From the sequence record SRR31156797_505: a stretch of DNA of 64,000 bases; one strand, 5' to 3'. Positions 58,781 through 64,000 of the stretch are shown here, piece after piece (within the stretch, counting starts at the first letter, position 1; each line of letters begins with the position of its first letter). The position numbers and the translations under genes were made by a program. Below the pieces are notes generated by a model. The model worked only from the letters and a program-made list of their open reading frames with translations. It did not search any database and was not told the origin of the DNA.

Positions 58781-59677
58781 ATGAACACTGTTTCAATAAA
58801 GAGAGTAGACAACCATGCCTTAATAGCATTTGCTGTGCTTGGGCTTATCTGGGGTAGCAATTTCATATATATGAAGATGGCGGCAGGTCTGATATCTTCT
58901 ACGCAGGTTGTTTTTTATCGGGTTCTTTTCGGGTTTATTCCTGTGCTCGTCTATGCACTTATCAGGCGTGATTTAAAATTCAGCCACTTTAAGCATTCCA
59001 TACACTTCATAGTGATGTCACTCCTCGCTACAACTGTATATTACTATATGTTTGTCAAAGGGACTGAGCTTCTTCTATCTGGTGTAGCAGGTGCTTTGAG
59101 CGGTTCGATCCCTCTTTTCTCCTTCATGCTTGCTGTGATTTTCATACCGGAAGAGAGGGCAACTGTAAGGAAAGTTCTGGGCGTTCTGATAGGTTTCAGC
59201 GGAGTAGTTCTAGTAGGCTATCAGCCTGGGGCGAACATGCTTACAACTAATTTAACAGGGGTGGCATATATGTCGTGCGGCGCTTTGTGTGTCGGAGCAT
59301 CCTTTGTTTATGCTAGGAAATTTATAACCCCTTTGAAGCTGCCTTCTGCGGCGTTAACAACTTATCAACTCGGCTACGGGCTCATCACGCTCACTCTTGT
59401 GACTGACTTCAATGGGATAACCGCAGTCTTTTCAGACGTACATACAAGTGTGGGACTGGTTTTAGGGCTTGGTCTGCTCGGGACAGGGCTGGCGTATATC
59501 ATATACTATTACATAGTCAAAACTCTCGGTGCAGTAACAGCATCATCTTCAACCTACCTTCCTCCTGTTGTTGCACTTTTCATCGGTGCGCTTATCGTTG
59601 GCGAGGATATTATGCCGGCTGACTATCTGGCAACTGTGATGATATTTGTCGGTGTTATCCTTCTGAAAAAGAGATGA
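58781..59677 (+). CDS. DMT/EamA family transporter
   Basis: IWGSNF, two 5-TM repeats, GTGLAY, TYLPPVVA. Confidence 0.9.
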   Translation: MNTVSIKRVDNHALIAFAVLGLIWGSNFIYMKMAAGLISSTQVVFYRVLFGFIPVLVYALIRRDLKFSHFKHSIHFIVMSLLATTVYYYMFVKGTELLLSGVAGALSGSIPLFSFMLAVIFIPEERATVRKVLGVLIGFSGVVLVGYQPGANMLTTNLTGVAYMSCGALCVGASFVYARKFITPLKLPSAALTTYQLGYGLITLTLVTDFNGITAVFSDVHTSVGLVLGLGLLGTGLAYIIYYYIVKTLGAVTASSSTYLPPVVALFIGALIVGEDIMPADYLATVMIFVGVILLKKR

Positions 59678-59802
59678 TACGGGTAAGATTTGTCAGGATT
59701 ATGTGAGAAAATATTAATATTTCGATATGTATCAAATGACTCTTGACTTTATCCGGCTGGATATTATATCTATCGTTAGTTCAGATATTCAAGGAGAGTA
59801 AG

Positions 59803-60231
59803 ATGTCTATACAGAAAGTTCTTTTCGTTTGTATTCATAACAGCGCAAGAAGCCAGATGGCGGAGGCTTACCTTAACCAGTTAGCACCTGAGCTTTTCTC
59901 TGCTGAGAGTGCCGGTCTTGAGCCTGGAAACCTTAACCCTTATGTTGTAAAAGTAATGCAGGAAGATGGCATAGATATATCAAATAATCCTACAAACAGT
60001 GTATTTGACTTTTTCAAAGAAGGTAAAATATATAAGTATGTTATCACTGTTTGCGATAAAGAAGCTGCGGAGAGATGCCCGATCTTCCCTAGTGTGGAAG
60101 AGCGTATCCACTGGGGCTTCAAAGACCCTTCATCTGCTAAAGGTAGCGAAGAAGAGAAGCTCGCTTTCGCAAGAACAGTAAGGGATGAAATAAAAGCGAC
60201 ACTCACTAAGTGGATAGCAGAATTTAAATAA
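59803..60231 (+). CDS. arsC: LMW-PTP-type arsenate reductase
   Basis: [35 protein letters not shown]. Confidence 0.88.
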   Translation: MSIQKVLFVCIHNSARSQMAEAYLNQLAPELFSAESAGLEPGNLNPYVVKVMQEDGIDISNNPTNSVFDFFKEGKIYKYVITVCDKEAAERCPIFPSVEERIHWGFKDPSSAKGSEEEKLAFARTVRDEIKATLTKWIAEFK

Positions 60232-60238
60232 ATATTTG

Positions 60239-60265
60239 AGCCCTATACTGAGGGCTTTTCTTTTC
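60239..60265 (+). terminator. Intrinsic terminator after arsC
   Basis: AGCCCT-ATACTG-AGGGCT followed by TTTCTTTT. Confidence 0.75.
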
Positions 60266-60314
60266 CTGAAACCTTTAAGGTGTTATTATGTAGGTAAAAC
60301 GCCAGAGGGGATAG

Positions 60315-60905
60315 ATGGTTACTGCTTGTGAGACTTGCGGACTGGTTTTAGAGATAGACATAGAGAGCAACCAGAAATCTGTGTGCCCCAGATGCAGAGC
60401 GACCATCGTCAGCAGAAGCGGCGGTATGTTTAACTCCTTAATGTTTGCCATCTCTGCACTTTTAATGTCTGTACCTGTGGCATTTTTCCCTTTTATGAAT
60501 ATCTATATTAACGATGATAAAAGCTCAGCAACCCTTATGCAGACTGCTCAGGTTATGTTTAACGACGGGTTTGGTCTCGCTGGCGGTGTGATACTTTTCA
60601 CGGCTCTTATCTTTCCTGTTGTCTACCTTATCTTGCTTATATACACCTCTCTCGCCTGCGTGATCAGAGTAAAATTACCTTTTATATGGTCAGCGGTCAG
60701 AGCTGTTGATGTTATCCATCATTTTCAGATGACAGACGTTTTTATCGTTGGAGTTCTTGTGAGCATCATTAAGCTTGTTGATATAGCTGACATATCTTTC
60801 AGCTCAGGGTTTTACTGTATGGTGGCTATGACTGTTTTTCTGCTCATTGCCGGGGCATACTATGATAAGAGACTTTTCTGGTGCAGGATAGCTTATGATA
60901 AATGA
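60315..60905 (+). CDS. PqiA/LetA-family protein, N-terminal half
   Basis: CETC..CPRC Zn ribbon, TM segments, MTDVFIVGVLVSIIKL. Confidence 0.88.
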   Translation: MVTACETCGLVLEIDIESNQKSVCPRCRATIVSRSGGMFNSLMFAISALLMSVPVAFFPFMNIYINDDKSSATLMQTAQVMFNDGFGLAGGVILFTALIFPVVYLILLIYTSLACVIRVKLPFIWSAVRAVDVIHHFQMTDVFIVGVLVSIIKLVDIADISFSSGFYCMVAMTVFLLIAGAYYDKRLFWCRIAYDK

Positions 60906-61497
60906 TAAAAGCATGGGCGCAGCCCTCTGCATCACCTGCGGAACACTGGTTGAAACTGATGAAGCAGATGGCGGTAAGTGCCCTGTGTGTGAGAGCAATC
61001 TTGAGGTGCGTAAAAAGAACAGCCTCCAGAGGACGTGGGCTTATACCATAGCGTCATTAGTGCTTTACATACCGGCTAATCTCCTCCCTATGATGGATTT
61101 ACAGGTTATGGGTGAGAGTGATAAAAGCACAATTTTAGAGGGTGTTATCCAGTTTTTTCAGCACGAGATGTATTTTATCAGCGGAGTGGTGTTTACTGCT
61201 AGTTTCATCGTTCCACTGTTTAAGATAGGGGTGCTTATATACCTTCTGGTGACTATTAACAGAAAAAGTAAGCTAACTAATCTTCAGAAAACAAAGCTAT
61301 ATAGTATAATTGAGCACATAGGCAAATGGTCTATGCTTGATGTTTTTGTTGTGGCTATAATGGCAGGTCTTATAAATACAGGGTATCTTTTAAATATTAC
61401 AGGCGGGACAGGCGTTGTCTTTTTCGCCGTTGTTGTAGTGCTTACAATGCTGGCATCTGCTAGTTTTGATACACGTTTAATATGGGATGAGGATTGA
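60895..61497 (+). CDS. PqiA/LetA-family protein, C-terminal half
   Basis: CITC..CPVC, LYIPANLLP, IGKWSMLDVFV, FDTRLIWD. Confidence 0.9.
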   Translation: MINDKSMGAALCITCGTLVETDEADGGKCPVCESNLEVRKKNSLQRTWAYTIASLVLYIPANLLPMMDLQVMGESDKSTILEGVIQFFQHEMYFISGVVFTASFIVPLFKIGVLIYLLVTINRKSKLTNLQKTKLYSIIEHIGKWSMLDVFVVAIMAGLINTGYLLNITGGTGVVFFAVVVVLTMLASASFDTRLIWDED

Positions 61498-61498
61498 T

Positions 61499-64000
61499 AT
61501 GACTGAACTTCCAAAGGCTGAGATAGTTAAAAAGAGGCGATTCTCCTTGGTTTGGCTGACACCGATTCTAGCGTTGGTGATTACAGGCTGGCTTTTATAT
61601 AACGGCTATACAAACACCGGAAAAGAGATAAGGGTACAGTTTAAGACAGGTGCGGGGCTTCTGGCTGGTAAAACGCCTCTTAAATATAAAGGTATCGACG
61701 TTGGTAAGGTTATTGATTTCGAAGTCACGGGTAGCCTTGACAGGGTTAATGTCGTTATAAAGCTTAAAAAAGAAGCGGGAGATATCGCCCGTAAAGGGAT
61801 GCAGTTCTGGGTGGTGAAACCTAGGCTCGGTATTGATCAGGTGACAGGGCTCGAGACTATCCTGTCCGGCTCATACATTGAGGTGAAGCCTCCTACATAC
61901 AACATATCTGAAATAATGGAGCTGGGAGAGCAGGAATACTTCATAGGGCTTTCCGAACCGCCAGCAGATGAGGCGCCAGAGGATGCAGTTAAGATTACCC
62001 TTATTGCGGAAGATGATCAGCAGCTTTTCAAAGGTATGGGGCTGTATTTCAACGGCATTGAGACGGGGAAGGTCACCTCAATAGAATATGATGACAAACT
62101 TAAGAGTTACCTTGTTAAGGCGTATATCGAAGGAAGTTATAAGAAATATATTAATGGGCAGTCTAGGTTCTGGAATACAAGCGGTTTGGATGTCAGGTTT
62201 GATTCTGCTGGTTTTCAGGTAAGCTCGCCCCCTCTGATGAGTATATTAAACGGCGGGATATCCTATTCGTCTGACCAGATAGTTAAGGCTCCTCAGCCTT
62301 TGAAGCAGTACAATATATACAGAAACTACGAAGAGACTTTGCTCAGCAATAACAGCATAACAGTTTATATGGATGAAACCTATGGGGCTATAGCTGGCAG
62401 AACTCCGATACTTTATAAAGGGCTTAAGGTCGGTATGGTGACAGAGCTTGAACTTGAGATTGACAAAAAGTCTGTGCTTGCAACCGTCAAGCTTATGAGA
62501 GAGCAGGAAGACCTAGCAAGGTCAGGCAGCAGGTTTGTCTTAAGGCGTGCAAAGATATCTCCTTCTGGTGTGGAGAATCTTTCATCAATAGTGACAGGTG
62601 TCTACCTTGAGCTTATCGCTGGTGAAGGAGAGCCGGAGGATGAATACATTCTTTTGATTGATGATATCCCTGAGTTCCCGATTGGCGGAGTACCTGTGAC
62701 TTTTACTGCTGATAATAAGGGCTCAGTTGATAAAGGGAGTGGGATATATTTTAAAGGTGTCCGGGTTGGTGAGGTTACAGCTTTTAAGCTTTCAAAGAGG
62801 GGCGTTATCTTTGATGGCGCAATCTATAAAGAATACAGTCATCTCGCTGTGAGAGGGCTTTACCTTTGGGAATCGAGTGCGGTTGAGGTGAGTCTGGATA
62901 CGAAGCTGAATATTAAAACGGCTCCGGTATCGCACATTATCAGCGGTGGAGTGAATGCCGGTTTCTTCGGTAAAAACAGAGGGAAACCTCTTGGCGAGAG
63001 AACTTTGAAACTATACCGAAGCGAGGATTCGGCGAAAGAAGCTTACATAGCAAGTAAGGGGATAAAGAAGATTTTCCTCATCACTGATAATGCGTCAGGT
63101 CTCTCAAAAGGTGCACCGCTTATTTACCGTGGGATGAAGGTTGGTGAGCTGGGGAACAGATTTCTAAGTGAGAAGACCGGCGTCGTTAGCATAAGTGCTA
63201 TGATCGAGCCTAAATATAAATATCTATTAAAGGGTTCTGTGTACTTCTGGAAACATGGCGGTGCTTCTGTTTCTGTGAAAGACGGCGAGCTGAAAGTTAA
63301 GACTCCGACAGTGACATCACTTATATCCGGCGGGGTAGAGTTCGAGACTGACAGTATAGTTCCAAACGGAATGAGCCGTACGGTTTTCGAAGATAAATCT
63401 ACTGCATTGAAAGCCTTTAAGCTGGCTCTTGCGAAGAAAAAATTGAGGCTTTATTCGAGGGGTGAAACACTCCCTCCGGTTGGTGCTGAGGTCTTCCATA
63501 AAGGGGTTAAGGCTGGTGAGGTTTACGGGAATGGATATAGCCCTGATAGAAAACAGGCTTACGCTGATGTTCTGTTATATGATCAGTTTGCCTCGTCGGT
63601 ATCGGACTCCACAAGGTTCTGGAAGGGGAGCGCAGTCAGTGTCAAAGCCACTGGTGACGGTATAGATGTTAAGAGTGAACCAGTTACATCATTTCTGAAG
63701 GGTGCGCTGCATTATGATTCATTTGCCTCTTCTGAAGGGGCTGATTTTATATACGCTGACAGGAATTCTGCGGAACGCCCAGACCATATCGAGGCTGTTT
63801 TAATATTAAAATCAGTTAATAATTTAAAAGAACGTGCTCCTGTTTTGCATAAAAATGAGAAAATTGGTTATGTGGAAAGTATAGAGAAGTATGGAGATGT
63901 ATATAAAGCCGGACTGGTTATCTTCAAGGGGAATAGTAAACTTTTGAGGGATGATTCTATCTTCTGGCTGGAGGATATTGAGCTCTCTTTAAGCGGTGTT
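61499..64000 (+). CDS. LetB/YebT-like multi-MCE (MlaD) lipid transport protein, 3'-truncated; not in the ORF track
   Basis: ATG 61499 gives MTELPKAEIVKKRRFSLVWLTPILAL; same frame ends FWLEDIELSLSGV at 64000; seven MCE signatures (YKGIDVG, FNGIETG, YKGLKVG, FKGVRVG, YRGMKVG, HKGVKAG, HKNEKIG). Confidence 0.9.
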   Translation, partial: MTELPKAEIVKKRRFSLVWLTPILALVITGWLLYNGYTNTGKEIRVQFKTGAGLLAGKTPLKYKGIDVGKVIDFEVTGSLDRVNVVIKLKKEAGDIARKGMQFWVVKPRLGIDQVTGLETILSGSYIEVKPPTYNISEIMELGEQEYFIGLSEPPADEAPEDAVKITLIAEDDQQLFKGMGLYFNGIETGKVTSIEYDDKLKSYLVKAYIEGSYKKYINGQSRFWNTSGLDVRFDSAGFQVSSPPLMSILNGGISYSSDQIVKAPQPLKQYNIYRNYEETLLSNNSITVYMDETYGAIAGRTPILYKGLKVGMVTELELEIDKKSVLATVKLMREQEDLARSGSRFVLRRAKISPSGVENLSSIVTGVYLELIAGEGEPEDEYILLIDDIPEFPIGGVPVTFTADNKGSVDKGSGIYFKGVRVGEVTAFKLSKRGVIFDGAIYKEYSHLAVRGLYLWESSAVEVSLDTKLNIKTAPVSHIISGGVNAGFFGKNRGKPLGERTLKLYRSEDSAKEAYIASKGIKKIFLITDNASGLSKGAPLIYRGMKVGELGNRFLSEKTGVVSISAMIEPKYKYLLKGSVYFWKHGGASVSVKDGELKVKTPTVTSLISGGVEFETDSIVPNGMSRTVFEDKSTALKAFKLALAKKKLRLYSRGETLPPVGAEVFHKGVKAGEVYGNGYSPDRKQAYADVLLYDQFASSVSDSTRFWKGSAVSVKATGDGIDVKSEPVTSFLKGALHYDSFASSEGADFIYADRNSAERPDHIEAVLILKSVNNLKERAPVLHKNEKIGYVESIEKYGDVYKAGLVIFKGNSKLLRDDSIFWLEDIELSLSGV

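Noticed and set aside
59722-59735. FNR box-like TCGAT-N4-ATCAA
   Set aside because: One mismatch, unclear spacing to the promoter, and equally explained as part of a longer ArsR-like inverted repeat
1-64000. CRISPR arrays, tRNA/rRNA, IS elements, prophage or defence genes
   Set aside because: No regularly spaced repeats, cloverleaf or rRNA signatures, transposase, integrase or nuclease motifs were seen by eye

Overview
Gene-dense 64 kb window from an anaerobic or facultative Gram-negative bacterium. Gene content resembles Deferribacterota/deltaproteobacteria, but that is an inference. In order it holds: the end of a type I secretion operon plus a LuxR-type regulator; an etfB-etfA(ferredoxin-fused)-membrane FeS oxidoreductase operon; PAS/GAF kinases; a near-complete anaerobic cobamide cluster (cobU,T,S,D, cbiB, cbiR-like, cbiL,P, sirC, cbiA,C,J,H,G,F,E,D); a cobalamin riboswitch ahead of a signal-peptide CbiK, ABC-2 exporter, BtuCDF-like importer and cobA; a sigma54-driven chemosensory cluster divergent from a kinase/NtrC pair; a hybrid kinase-CheR-CheB-kinase module with no MCP; arsC; and a split letA/pqiA with a 7-MCE letB-like gene that runs off the window and is absent from the ORF track. 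No rRNA, tRNA, CRISPR array or transposase was seen. The best candidates for undescribed biology are the riboswitch-controlled export/periplasmic chelation/re-import operon, the sigma54 leaderless che operon with an MshEN-like CheA and a CheZ-like MCP, the bifurcating-type ETF coupled to an EMO-like protein, and Cys-rich inserts in histidine kinases. All calls come from reading motifs by eye; no searches were run.
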